From a virus (lineage: Duplodnaviria > Caudoviricetes): a DNA stretch of 62,874 nt. Positions 16,574 through 25,256 of the stretch are shown here, piece by piece (the stretch's first letter is position 1; each line of letters starts with the position of its first letter). The position numbers and the translations under genes were made by a program. A model generated the notes under the pieces. It made no database searches, was not told where the DNA came from, and saw only the letters and a list, made by a program, of their open reading frames with translations. The stretch spans positions 1 through 62,874 of the IMG/VR virus record IMGVR_UViG_3300009169_000024, one strand, 5' to 3'.

Positions 16574-16677
16574 ACCGCTCCGCCCGGAGTACGGGAGCAT
16601 GGGCCACGTGGGAGCCGGGAGCCACGACCCGAAGGTTGCCCTAGCCAACCTCATCACAGGAGCTAGTGGGAGATACC

Positions 16678-17883
16678 ATGGCACGCGATGACGAGTACAT
16701 GAAAGTGGACGACGAAGACGGTGACCGTCTTCAAGTAGATCAGAAGGGCTTCGACGCAGCTCTCGACATCTCTCGTGACGCTGGGGACTCGCGGCCAAGG
16801 GTTGCTGATGACAGTAAGGCTGATCGGCAATCGGAGCGAGCAACCGCACCAGAGTCCGAGCCCGAAGGCGAGAGGGACCGCCCTCCCAAGCGACAGGCGC
16901 AGGAGGTCGCAGAAGAAGCGAGCGCGGAAGAGCAAGAACAAGAGCCTGCAGAGAAAACGGCGGAGGGTGAAGTAGAGCCGGTTCCAGAGGAGCCGACCTA
17001 CACCCTCCCCGGCGGCATCAAGGTGAAGGCGTCCGAGCTGTTCAAGGACCACGAGAAAGTGCAGAAGCTGGTCACGCAAGCGAACCAGATGACGCACTAC
17101 CAGAAGCTCGCGGACGAACGCAAGGAAGCCTTGGCCGGAGCGGAAGCGCAACAGAAATCAATCTACGAGCAGTGGATCGAGATGAAGCTGAACGAGGAGA
17201 TGCGAGCGGCACAGGCCCAGCAGCCCCGTCCAGCGCCAATCCAGCGTCCGCCTGCTGCGCAGATCAAGAGCGCTTTCATGCCGTACATCACCGAACTGCA
17301 GAAGGCGGGGCGCATCAGCGAGGATCACGTGGCGGAGGACAGCGGCTTGCTCGCTGAGTACCTCTACGACCAGATGAGCCTGCGCAACGCCCTCGACCAG
17401 CAGTTGACTGCCTACGAGACGCGAATCATGCAGCTCGAACAGCAGCTCGGCCCAGTGCAGACCACCGTTCAAGCGGAACGCGCTCTCAACTTCGAGCGTA
17501 CCGTCCAGCACCAGCTGGCAGGGACTCCAGGCTACGAAGACTTTGCTGATGAGGCGAAATGGGAGCAGCTCAAGGCGTACATAGGCCAGGAGATTGCAGC
17601 CGCAGGCTACGACGAACACGGAAATCCAAACCTGCGCGTGAAGTTTGATGCCAACCGCATGCGGACCTTCGCTGATGCCCTCATGGCACCATCCATGAGA
17701 GCCGCATTGGCTAGTCGGCGGGGCGAGCTTGAGACCAGGCAGAAGTCCGAGGTCAAGCGTTCCGCAGGCGAGGCGGCTGGGACCGGAAGGCTACCCAAAA
17801 AGAAGCCGCAAGGGGCAAAGACTCCAGAGGAGATGGCGATGGATTTCAGTGGCCAGACTGTCGTCAGGAAGGCGACTGGCTAG
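16678..17883 (+). CDS. capsid scaffolding protein
   Basis: Acidic disordered N-terminus, coiled coils, basic C-terminus; directly upstream of the capsid gene. Confidence 0.75.
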   Translation: MARDDEYMKVDDEDGDRLQVDQKGFDAALDISRDAGDSRPRVADDSKADRQSERATAPESEPEGERDRPPKRQAQEVAEEASAEEQEQEPAEKTAEGEVEPVPEEPTYTLPGGIKVKASELFKDHEKVQKLVTQANQMTHYQKLADERKEALAGAEAQQKSIYEQWIEMKLNEEMRAAQAQQPRPAPIQRPPAAQIKSAFMPYITELQKAGRISEDHVAEDSGLLAEYLYDQMSLRNALDQQLTAYETRIMQLEQQLGPVQTTVQAERALNFERTVQHQLAGTPGYEDFADEAKWEQLKAYIGQEIAAAGYDEHGNPNLRVKFDANRMRTFADALMAPSMRAALASRRGELETRQKSEVKRSAGEAAGTGRLPKKKPQGAKTPEEMAMDFSGQTVVRKATG

Positions 17884-17936
17884 CCGTGACCTATAGCTGA
17901 GCGCTGCTCCCTCCGAAGAACTGGAGGGAACTGAAA

Positions 17937-19169
17937 ATGGCAGCGTCACTTGGAATGCTCGGAATCGGCAGTTTTTCTGCCGACGTAGCTCCGGGCAACT
18001 TTCGGGAAGCGATTCTCCGCGAGTACCCGCAGGGGGGCGCGGTCTTCACAATGATCCTCGGCATGCTCCCCTCGGAGAGCGTGAACTCGCGGAAGTTCAC
18101 CTGGTTCGAGCAGGGGCTGCCCCAGCAGCGGTTCGCCGTGGCCGGTTCGCATGCGGCGGACGCAACCACCATCATCCTCGATCAGGCCGTCCCGATCACC
18201 AACACCACCCCCGCCTACAGCTTCAAGACCGGCCACCTGGTGCGGGTCGAGAGCACTGGCGAGATCATGCTCGTGGTCGGCAAGACCATCTCGCATCCGA
18301 CCTATGAGCTGACCGTCGTCCGTGGCATCGGCAACAGCACCGTCGGCTACATCATCGCGGACCACGGCATCATCACCATCGTCGGCCACGCCGATCAGGA
18401 AGGTGCGGACACGCCGACCGCTCTCAACTACGCTCCGACCGAGGAGTGGAACTACATCCAGACCATCCGAACCGCTCTCGACCTGACCGATGACGCCGCG
18501 CAGGAATACTACCGAACCGGCGACATCATGAAGAACGAGAAGTTCGACAAGGCCATGGACCACGCGCTGGATCAGGAGCGTGCGTTCCTGTGGGGCAAGA
18601 GGGAGTCGGTGCTCGTCTCGACCGGCGACTTCACCTCTGGCGGAACCGGCCTGAATCACCGCATGATGGGCGGGCTCTGGAACTTCCTCGGGGCCAGCTA
18701 CTCGACCGACTTCAGCACCACCGGCCTGACCAAGACCGGGTTCAACAACTTCCTGAAGCCGATCTACACCGTGCAGAACGGCTCCATGAACAAGGCCGCG
18801 TTCTGTGGCGCGACCTTCCTGCAGGCGATCAACGACTACGCCGAGCAGAACTCGGCCATCCAGACCGAGCCCGGCGACAAGACCTATGGTCTGACCATCC
18901 GGTCGCTGCACCACCCCTGGGGCGAGCTGAAGCTCATCCCGCACCCGCTCTTCTCCGAGCACGAGGACTGGTCGAAGATGGCCGTCATCGTTGACCTGAA
19001 GAACGTGAAGTACCGCTTCCTGCGGAATCGGGACACCCGCTTCCTGCTGGAGCGGCAGGGCAACGGTGAAGACCGCGTGACCCACGAGTTCATGACCAAG
19101 TGCAGCCTGGAGCTGCGCTTCAAGCGGACCCACGGTATCGCCTACGGCGTCAGCGAGTACGTCGCGTAG
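17937..19169 (+). CDS. major capsid protein (SU10/DUF5309-like HK97 fold)
   Basis: KFTWFEQ, EGADTP..NYIQTIR, DQERAFLWG, RMMGGL, HPWGELKLIPHPLF; strong codon bias; followed by a hairpin. Confidence 0.9.
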   Translation: MAASLGMLGIGSFSADVAPGNFREAILREYPQGGAVFTMILGMLPSESVNSRKFTWFEQGLPQQRFAVAGSHAADATTIILDQAVPITNTTPAYSFKTGHLVRVESTGEIMLVVGKTISHPTYELTVVRGIGNSTVGYIIADHGIITIVGHADQEGADTPTALNYAPTEEWNYIQTIRTALDLTDDAAQEYYRTGDIMKNEKFDKAMDHALDQERAFLWGKRESVLVSTGDFTSGGTGLNHRMMGGLWNFLGASYSTDFSTTGLTKTGFNNFLKPIYTVQNGSMNKAAFCGATFLQAINDYAEQNSAIQTEPGDKTYGLTIRSLHHPWGELKLIPHPLFSEHEDWSKMAVIVDLKNVKYRFLRNRDTRFLLERQGNGEDRVTHEFMTKCSLELRFKRTHGIAYGVSEYVA

Positions 19170-19184
19170 CGAAGACCGGCCAAC

Positions 19185-19224
19185 AATCCACTGGGGGAGC
19201 TAACCACTCCCCCAGGGGGATTTT
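19185..19224 (+). terminator. rho-independent terminator or attenuator after the capsid gene
   Basis: ctgggggag/ctcccccag stem, outer aatcc/ggatt, then TTTT. Confidence 0.65.
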
Positions 19225-19238
19225 GAAAGGACTGACCA

Positions 19239-19574
19239 ATGCCTTCCACGGTTCACACCTTCACCGCCAAGCGGCGCTTCCCGGCCATCAAGGGCGGCTA
19301 TCGCTCAGGCATCATCATCTTCACTCCGGGAGCGGTCTACGCCGCAGACGGCTTCGACATCACCGCTGCCAACCTCGGCCTCAACAGGATCTTCGGCTTC
19401 ATCCCGCCCGCGTTCGTTCAGGGTGCGACCGAGGAGTGCGTCACCGAGGTGACCTACACCAGCGATACTGCGATCAAGCTCAAGATGAGGACCATCGCGG
19501 CTGGTGCCGAGCTGACCGCCAGCTCGGACGATCTCGACGGCGTGCCGATCCGCTGCTTGTACTGGGGGACGTAA
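19239..19574 (+). CDS. putative capsid decoration protein, paralog 1
   Basis: Follows capsid gene; YAADGFDIT motif; highly similar to next gene. Confidence 0.75.
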   Translation: MPSTVHTFTAKRRFPAIKGGYRSGIIIFTPGAVYAADGFDITAANLGLNRIFGFIPPAFVQGATEECVTEVTYTSDTAIKLKMRTIAAGAELTASSDDLDGVPIRCLYWGT

Positions 19575-19897
19575 TGGCGCACACCTTCACGTCCAAGCGT
19601 AGGTTCCCGAAGATCAAGGGCGGCTTCCGCCACGGCATCGTGGACATCACATTCGTGGACAACTACGCGGCTGGAGGTTTCGACATCACGCCAGCGGACC
19701 TCAAGCTCGACCGCATCTACTTCTTCGCTCCCCCGGCTTTCATCCAGGGGGCCACAGAAGAGTGCATGACGGAAGTCACCTACACGAGCGACACGGCCAT
19801 CAAGTTGAAGCTGCGCACCATTGCGCTCGGCGCTGAGAACGCAACTGCCGCCGACTTCGCTGGCGTCACAATCCGGTGCAGGTACTGGGGGGAGTGA
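19574..19897 (+). CDS. putative capsid decoration protein, paralog 2
   Basis: ATG at 19574 (TAATG overlap); PPAFIQGATEECMTEVTYTSDTAIKLK nearly identical to paralog 1. Confidence 0.75.
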   Translation: MAHTFTSKRRFPKIKGGFRHGIVDITFVDNYAAGGFDITPADLKLDRIYFFAPPAFIQGATEECMTEVTYTSDTAIKLKLRTIALGAENATAADFAGVTIRCRYWGE

Positions 19898-20379
19898 TGG
19901 TAGGAAGACGCTTCCGGCACATCCTGTGGCCGAATTTCAACCTCGGCGGGATCATCCAGTTCGAGGATGGATACTGGCCTCCGACTGAAGACCCGCCCTG
20001 CGCAGACCCTGGGCTCTGCTCATTCGTGGAGAAAGCCCCTCTCTTCGGGACCTACCTCGTCGAGTGCGGCCAGGAGGACTCTTCGACGCAAGAGACTGTC
20101 ATCCGTGACAACGCAACCATGATCGCGAAGGCAGAGGAAGCTCTGGCGAGGATGATGGTTCGCGGCCTCCCGCCAGCAGATGAAGCCTCGGCCCCGCCAG
20201 CCCCAGAGGCGGTGGACGAGTCCAGGCTGCCGTCACCAGGCGAGGTCAAGCGCATGAACAAGACCGAGCTGGCCGTTCTTGGCGAGCGGCTTGGGATCGC
20301 GGACGAGGACTTCAACAGCGGCACGAGGCCAGATCAGATCAAGGCCGTCCTGGGCGAGATCCAGGCCATCGAGGAGTAG
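19897..20379 (+). CDS. hypothetical protein with C-terminal Rho-N/HeH-like domain
   Basis: TGATG overlap; VKRMNKTELAVLGERLGI..TRPDQIKAVL. Confidence 0.65.
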   Translation: MVGRRFRHILWPNFNLGGIIQFEDGYWPPTEDPPCADPGLCSFVEKAPLFGTYLVECGQEDSSTQETVIRDNATMIAKAEEALARMMVRGLPPADEASAPPAPEAVDESRLPSPGEVKRMNKTELAVLGERLGIADEDFNSGTRPDQIKAVLGEIQAIEE

Positions 20380-20382
20380 GCG

Positions 20383-21030
20383 ATGTCCACCGCTGCCGAG
20401 ATCATCACCAGAGTCCGCAGCTGGTCTACCTCCCAGGACACCGCAGTCCTCTCAAACACCGAGATCCTGGCGATTATGAACGACCTAGCTCGGGAGGCTG
20501 TGGACGAGAACGACATCTGGTTCTGCTTCGGCAGCGGAACGACCACAATCACAGCAGGAAGCCGGGCGGCGGACCTCCCAGAGAGGCTCGCCCGCCCGGT
20601 CACTGCCTACGTCACCAGCGGGACGAGCCGCTCCTTCTACTCCCTGCTCAGCTATGAGGAGTACAAGGCCAGGTTCCTCGACCCGGACGACGACGATGTC
20701 TGGGAGGATGTCGGGCCGTTCTACATGATCTATGGCACGGAGATTTGGCTCGGCCCGCTCCCGACCGCGACGGCGACCCTCGCCGTTGACGGGCTCTACT
20801 ACGAGCCGGATCTCAACCTGACCTCCAGCCCGACCAACGAGTTCACCGACCGTGCGGAGAGCTACCTGCTCTTCGCCACGCTGGAGCGGCTGACCAAGTT
20901 CAAGTTCGAGGAGGAGACCAGGCTCGGACTCTTCGAGAAGGAAAAGAACAAAGCGCTGAATCGGATCAGGGCGGCTGGCGATCTGCAGAGCAACCTCGCC
21001 CGCAGGGTCAAGTCGAGGAGGAAGGGCTGA
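20383..21030 (+). CDS. head-tail adaptor (tail tubular protein A-like)
   Basis: MSTAAEIITRVR, IWLGPLP, YLLFATL pattern; position after capsid block. Confidence 0.75.
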   Translation: MSTAAEIITRVRSWSTSQDTAVLSNTEILAIMNDLAREAVDENDIWFCFGSGTTTITAGSRAADLPERLARPVTAYVTSGTSRSFYSLLSYEEYKARFLDPDDDDVWEDVGPFYMIYGTEIWLGPLPTATATLAVDGLYYEPDLNLTSSPTNEFTDRAESYLLFATLERLTKFKFEEETRLGLFEKEKNKALNRIRAAGDLQSNLARRVKSRRKG

Positions 21031-22064
21031 TGTCAAATCCGACTGACAGATTCGTCACCAACCGGATGTCCGATTCGACGGACCTGAGCGATGTTGATGA
21101 TGGTGTGAACGGGCTCGAATCGGCGATCCGCACCACCTTCCAACTTCCTGCGGACACAGCCGTCACGCCGATGTCTGTTGATGCGGACAGCCAGATCACA
21201 GTCAACAGCGGGCTCCGCATTGGGACTGGCCAGTTCGCCGCTTCCATCGTTCAGAGCATCCCAGAGTCAGGGCAAGTGAATGAGCTGGCCACCGTGGATG
21301 CCATCAGGAGCTACGTCTTGGCGCATGCTGGCGGGGGAGGCGGGGGCGGGTTTGAGTTCAGCGCCGGTCAAGAATACGGGTCGCTCTGGGTCAGCAGCAC
21401 TCTCGGGTTGGGAGTCGGCTTCCCGGCTTATTGGCAGATCGTATCTCGGGCTCCGAGTGGCGGAGAGTCAACCCTCTCAGTTGACACCGCGACCACTCCG
21501 ACATCCTTCACTTCGATCCCGTGGACGCATACGCTGCGTGAGCATCCATGGCTCACAGCGCACACAGCTTCGCGCCCGGTTCAGACGCAGCTTGCCCCCT
21601 CGATGTTCAGCTTTCCGTGCGTCGGGCTTTGGCACATCGAGCTTGTCATGGCGGTGCCAAACTTCAACGGCGTCGATTGGTATCCGCTGCAATGGATGGT
21701 AGACGCTGGACCGCCCAATCTCTACCTCCAGCCAGCCTGGACGGCGATGCTCGTGAAGCTCGGGAGCCCAGACGCGGTTCTCGACATTTGCGTGTCACCC
21801 CACCAGGGGTCAGTGCATCAGACGAGCCTTAGCATCCCGAACTGTGTGCTGCAGGCGGTCCAATCTCCGCCAGTCAACGGTGGGTACGCCAAAGCCCCAG
21901 TCGCGATGTTCGACCACAGCCTGCACCTGAACAGAACCTTCTACGTTGAGGATGTGGAGGATCTCTACGAGATCCAGGTCCAGCAGATGAGCGGCGGAAC
22001 AGTCACGCTCGAAAACGACCACCTCAGGATGGTTCTCCGTCACATCCCGACGAACGGTGGCTAG
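21030..22064 (+). CDS. virion structural protein (fibre/spike-like)
   Basis: Between adaptor and nozzle; ATVDAIRSYV and poly-Gly hinge; beta-rich C-terminal domain. Confidence 0.6.
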   Translation: MSNPTDRFVTNRMSDSTDLSDVDDGVNGLESAIRTTFQLPADTAVTPMSVDADSQITVNSGLRIGTGQFAASIVQSIPESGQVNELATVDAIRSYVLAHAGGGGGGGFEFSAGQEYGSLWVSSTLGLGVGFPAYWQIVSRAPSGGESTLSVDTATTPTSFTSIPWTHTLREHPWLTAHTASRPVQTQLAPSMFSFPCVGLWHIELVMAVPNFNGVDWYPLQWMVDAGPPNLYLQPAWTAMLVKLGSPDAVLDICVSPHQGSVHQTSLSIPNCVLQAVQSPPVNGGYAKAPVAMFDHSLHLNRTFYVEDVEDLYEIQVQQMSGGTVTLENDHLRMVLRHIPTNGG

Positions 22065-22066
22065 CC

Positions 22067-24238
22067 ATGGCAAGTAGCGCCAGGAAGTTCATCTACCCGA
22101 TCCCGACGAATGGGGTCATCCAGCATGAGCACCCTCGCCATGTCGGGCTCCAGGGGCTGGTGGATGGCGCGAACTGGCTGTACTCGGAGGGCGAGTTTCG
22201 GACTCGTGGCGGCGTTGGCGTCATCGGCATGGAGGGAGTGGCTGGAGTCAACCTGCTGACGGAGGCGCTATCCGACGCTGAGCTACAGGATGCAGAGGAC
22301 GCCTGGTCCGCCTACGCCGCACCGCACACGATCACCTGTACCCCGAGCTACCACTACTTCCACGACAAGGCGTTTCGCATCGACTGGCTCATCGGGACTG
22401 GCGGAGTCCAGACGCTCCACAACCAGATGCAGGTGTCCGGCAACACGACCTACACGTTCTCTTTCTGGTATCTCATTCCGGCACGCCTGAACGAGGATGA
22501 ATTCTATCTGCGCGAGTACGACGAGGACGATGTCCTAGTTACGTCTCACCTGATCTCCGGTCTTGTTGGCATGTTTGAGCCTCCGTACTTCACGGAATGG
22601 ATCAGGCCGAACATCACAGTCACAACAGACCCAACCACGAGGTTCCTCTGCCTCGACATCTACCACCGCTGGGACCAGGCATCGTCCTGCCAGATCATCG
22701 ACGGGATGATGCTCTCTGAGGGAGCCGTCCTCCTCGACTGGGAGATCGGCATCGGCACCATCCGAACGGTGACGTTCGGCAATCGCCCACTCGGGTTCTA
22801 CCAGCTCGACAAGTACAGCCAGAGCGGAGTTGACGCAAATGCCCTCTACATGGCCTCGGACCAGAGCTTTTTTGAGTTCGACCAGGGGCTGGGTTCGTTT
22901 TCCAACGTGGGGGATTGGCCAGCGCCTGGAGAGCCGGAGAACCTCGTAGTCTTCCGTGGATTTGACCTTGCCGGGGTGACGCAAGTCCTGGCCGTCAATG
23001 GGCAGGCTGGCTGTGGGCTCATGTACAAGACCCCCGGTGACAACTTCCAGAGGATGGAGACCTCCGAAACTGGCTATGGCTACCCGATACGAGCGAAGGC
23101 GATGGCTATTGCCGGGGATCGCGTCCTGCTCGGTAATGCGCAGATGTTCAACATAGGCGGCGGTGACGGTCTCCACTACTGGGACGGTGTCTACTACTCA
23201 CTCTCTGTCCTGGAGGGTGGCTTCTCTCACGCAGAAGCCTGGAGCGATGGCAGACTCATCCGCCTGGCTGATACCCCAGGCGAGATCGTGGCGATGCAGG
23301 AGATGGGAGCGCTGATGGTCGCCGTCTACAAGACGGACGCCATCTACGTGCTCTCAGTCCAGTCCGGCCTCTACCCGTTCCGCCCTGAGCTGCGCTCTGC
23401 TGGCATTTCCGGCCCGGCTTCTCCGAAGGCCGTGACGGCCCTCAACGACAACCTGCACGTCTACCTCGCCCGCAACGCCGGGCTGTACATCTTCGACGGC
23501 TCTGCCCCGCGCTCGCTCGGCAACCACATCCAGGATTACCTGCGCCAGAAGATCGACCTCAACAAGATCGAGCGCTCCTTTCTGTTCTTCGACAATCGGC
23601 GCGAAGAGCTGTGGGTCTTCTATCCAGCCGTGGGCGCATCCGGGGTGATCTTCAGAGCCATCATGGTCTCCATGAGCCGAGAGGGCTTCCCGATGTGGCC
23701 GATGGAGTGGGGCCGCAACTCCTTCGACTTCACGGCTGGCATCGCGGGGTTGGTTGAGCGAGACGTGACGCTGGGGCAGCTGGCCGGGAACACCCTCGGG
23801 GATATGGCTGGGATTACGCTCGGGTCATTCACGACGGCTGGGCCATACATCATCCTCGGCAACAGCGACGGCATGATCTACACCCTACAGACTCACGCGG
23901 CTGACCTTGGGGTAGGCTTCCGCGCCTTCTTCGAGACCGGGACCACCGACCTCGAAGAGCCAGCCAAGCTGAAGACGATCATCGAGGAGCAGCATCTCGT
24001 CAGCTCGCTCGCCTCTGATACCTGCACGGTGACAATCAAGTTCACAACCCATGGCAGTAAGGTTGGCCTGGATGTCGCTGGCGGCAAGAGTTTCCAAGCG
24101 GCGCTCAGCGAGGGGCCGTACACCACCGAGCACCGCGTCACCGGGCGCGAGTTCTCCCACCTCTTCGAGGTTCAAGCAACTGACAGGACAACCTACGCGG
24201 GCTCGATTGCGGCGTACCGGGTGCGCGGCGCGAGATAG
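22067..24238 (+). CDS. tail nozzle/stabilisation protein (beta-propeller) with inserted CBM-like domain
   Basis: GEIVAM..VYKTDAIY, GISGPASPKAV, GLYIFDG, REELWVFYP; insert NLL..NTTYTFSFW..IDGMMLSEG. Confidence 0.75.
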   Translation: MASSARKFIYPIPTNGVIQHEHPRHVGLQGLVDGANWLYSEGEFRTRGGVGVIGMEGVAGVNLLTEALSDAELQDAEDAWSAYAAPHTITCTPSYHYFHDKAFRIDWLIGTGGVQTLHNQMQVSGNTTYTFSFWYLIPARLNEDEFYLREYDEDDVLVTSHLISGLVGMFEPPYFTEWIRPNITVTTDPTTRFLCLDIYHRWDQASSCQIIDGMMLSEGAVLLDWEIGIGTIRTVTFGNRPLGFYQLDKYSQSGVDANALYMASDQSFFEFDQGLGSFSNVGDWPAPGEPENLVVFRGFDLAGVTQVLAVNGQAGCGLMYKTPGDNFQRMETSETGYGYPIRAKAMAIAGDRVLLGNAQMFNIGGGDGLHYWDGVYYSLSVLEGGFSHAEAWSDGRLIRLADTPGEIVAMQEMGALMVAVYKTDAIYVLSVQSGLYPFRPELRSAGISGPASPKAVTALNDNLHVYLARNAGLYIFDGSAPRSLGNHIQDYLRQKIDLNKIERSFLFFDNRREELWVFYPAVGASGVIFRAIMVSMSREGFPMWPMEWGRNSFDFTAGIAGLVERDVTLGQLAGNTLGDMAGITLGSFTTAGPYIILGNSDGMIYTLQTHAADLGVGFRAFFETGTTDLEEPAKLKTIIEEQHLVSSLASDTCTVTIKFTTHGSKVGLDVAGGKSFQAALSEGPYTTEHRVTGREFSHLFEVQATDRTTYAGSIAAYRVRGAR

Positions 24239-24246
24239 GAGGGCAG

Positions 24247-24615
24247 ATGGCAAAATCAGTAGACAACGACGTGCTGGACGGTGCGCTCAACATCGTGAAG
24301 AACAACTGCAACCTGATGACGGTCTGCAACGCGCAGCCGACCAGCAGGACGGAGGCGGTCACCACCTACGCGCTGGCCGATGTCGCCATGGACAGCGGCG
24401 ACTTCACCGTCGCGGACGGCGACTCCAGCGGGCGCAAGCTGACGGTCGCGGCGCAGACCGGAGTCGCGGTGGACGTGAGCGGGACCGCCACGCACGTCGC
24501 GCTGGTGGACGGCACGCGCCTGCTCTACGTGACGACTTGCACATCACAGGCTCTAACGAGCGGCAACACTGTCGATTTTCCGGCTTGGAAGATCGAAATC
24601 GCTGACCCGAGCTAA
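24247..24615 (+). CDS. small virion/tail-associated protein
   Basis: MAKSVDNDVLDGAL..CNAQPT..DFTVADGDSSGRKLTV..SGTATHVAL, a family seen upstream of phage fibre genes. Confidence 0.7.
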   Translation: MAKSVDNDVLDGALNIVKNNCNLMTVCNAQPTSRTEAVTTYALADVAMDSGDFTVADGDSSGRKLTVAAQTGVAVDVSGTATHVALVDGTRLLYVTTCTSQALTSGNTVDFPAWKIEIADPS

Positions 24616-24632
24616 CCGAGGAGGATACAGAG

Positions 24633-25022
24633 ATGGCTGATTTCACGAATGCGTTGGAAGAGCTGGTACTCGACTGGGCGTTCACGACCGGATCGCCCAC
24701 GCGCCCGACTGCGTGGTGGGTGTCGCTGTTCACGACCACGCCGACTGCCGACGACGGCACGGGCGGCACGGAGTGCAGCAACTCGGGCTACGCTCGCCAG
24801 AGTGTGAGCTGGACCCGCACGAGCCAGACGATGAATCCGACCGCGACCGTGACCTTCGGCCCCGCCACCGAGGCGTGGACCCAGGTGGTCGGCTTCGGAA
24901 TCCACAGCCTCGTCACTGGTGGCACGCTGTACGCCTTCGAGACGCTGACCACTCCCAGGACACTCGGCAACGGCGACTCGGCCCAGTTCGCGACGACTGA
25001 CCTGTCGATCACCATCGACTAG
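24633..25022 (+). CDS. small virion/tail-fibre-associated protein
   Basis: FTNALEELVLD..VSLFTTTPT..GTECSNSGYARQ..FGPATEAW..GDSAQF. Confidence 0.75.
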   Translation: MADFTNALEELVLDWAFTTGSPTRPTAWWVSLFTTTPTADDGTGGTECSNSGYARQSVSWTRTSQTMNPTATVTFGPATEAWTQVVGFGIHSLVTGGTLYAFETLTTPRTLGNGDSAQFATTDLSITID

Positions 25023-25030
25023 GCGGGGCC

Positions 25031-25246
25031 ATGGTCCCGCACCGTTGCCCGGTCTGTGACGGGTCTGGGCGCATTGTTGACCTGAGTCTGACCTCAGGTG
25101 GTGGCCCGTGCCATGCCTGCAGTGGGACCGGCATTGTCTGGGAGCCTGACGGTTACCAGACGTGCCGGTGTCCTCTGTGCCAGCCCAAGATCCAGCCCTC
25201 AGACATGCCCTGGCACACGACGACCTGGTCGCCGGATACCACGTAG
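25031..25246 (+). CDS. small DnaJ-type zinc-finger protein
   Basis: CPVCDGSG..CHACSGTG..CRCPLC. Confidence 0.6.
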   Translation: MVPHRCPVCDGSGRIVDLSLTSGGGPCHACSGTGIVWEPDGYQTCRCPLCQPKIQPSDMPWHTTTWSPDTT

Positions 25247-25256
25247 GAGATGAATC

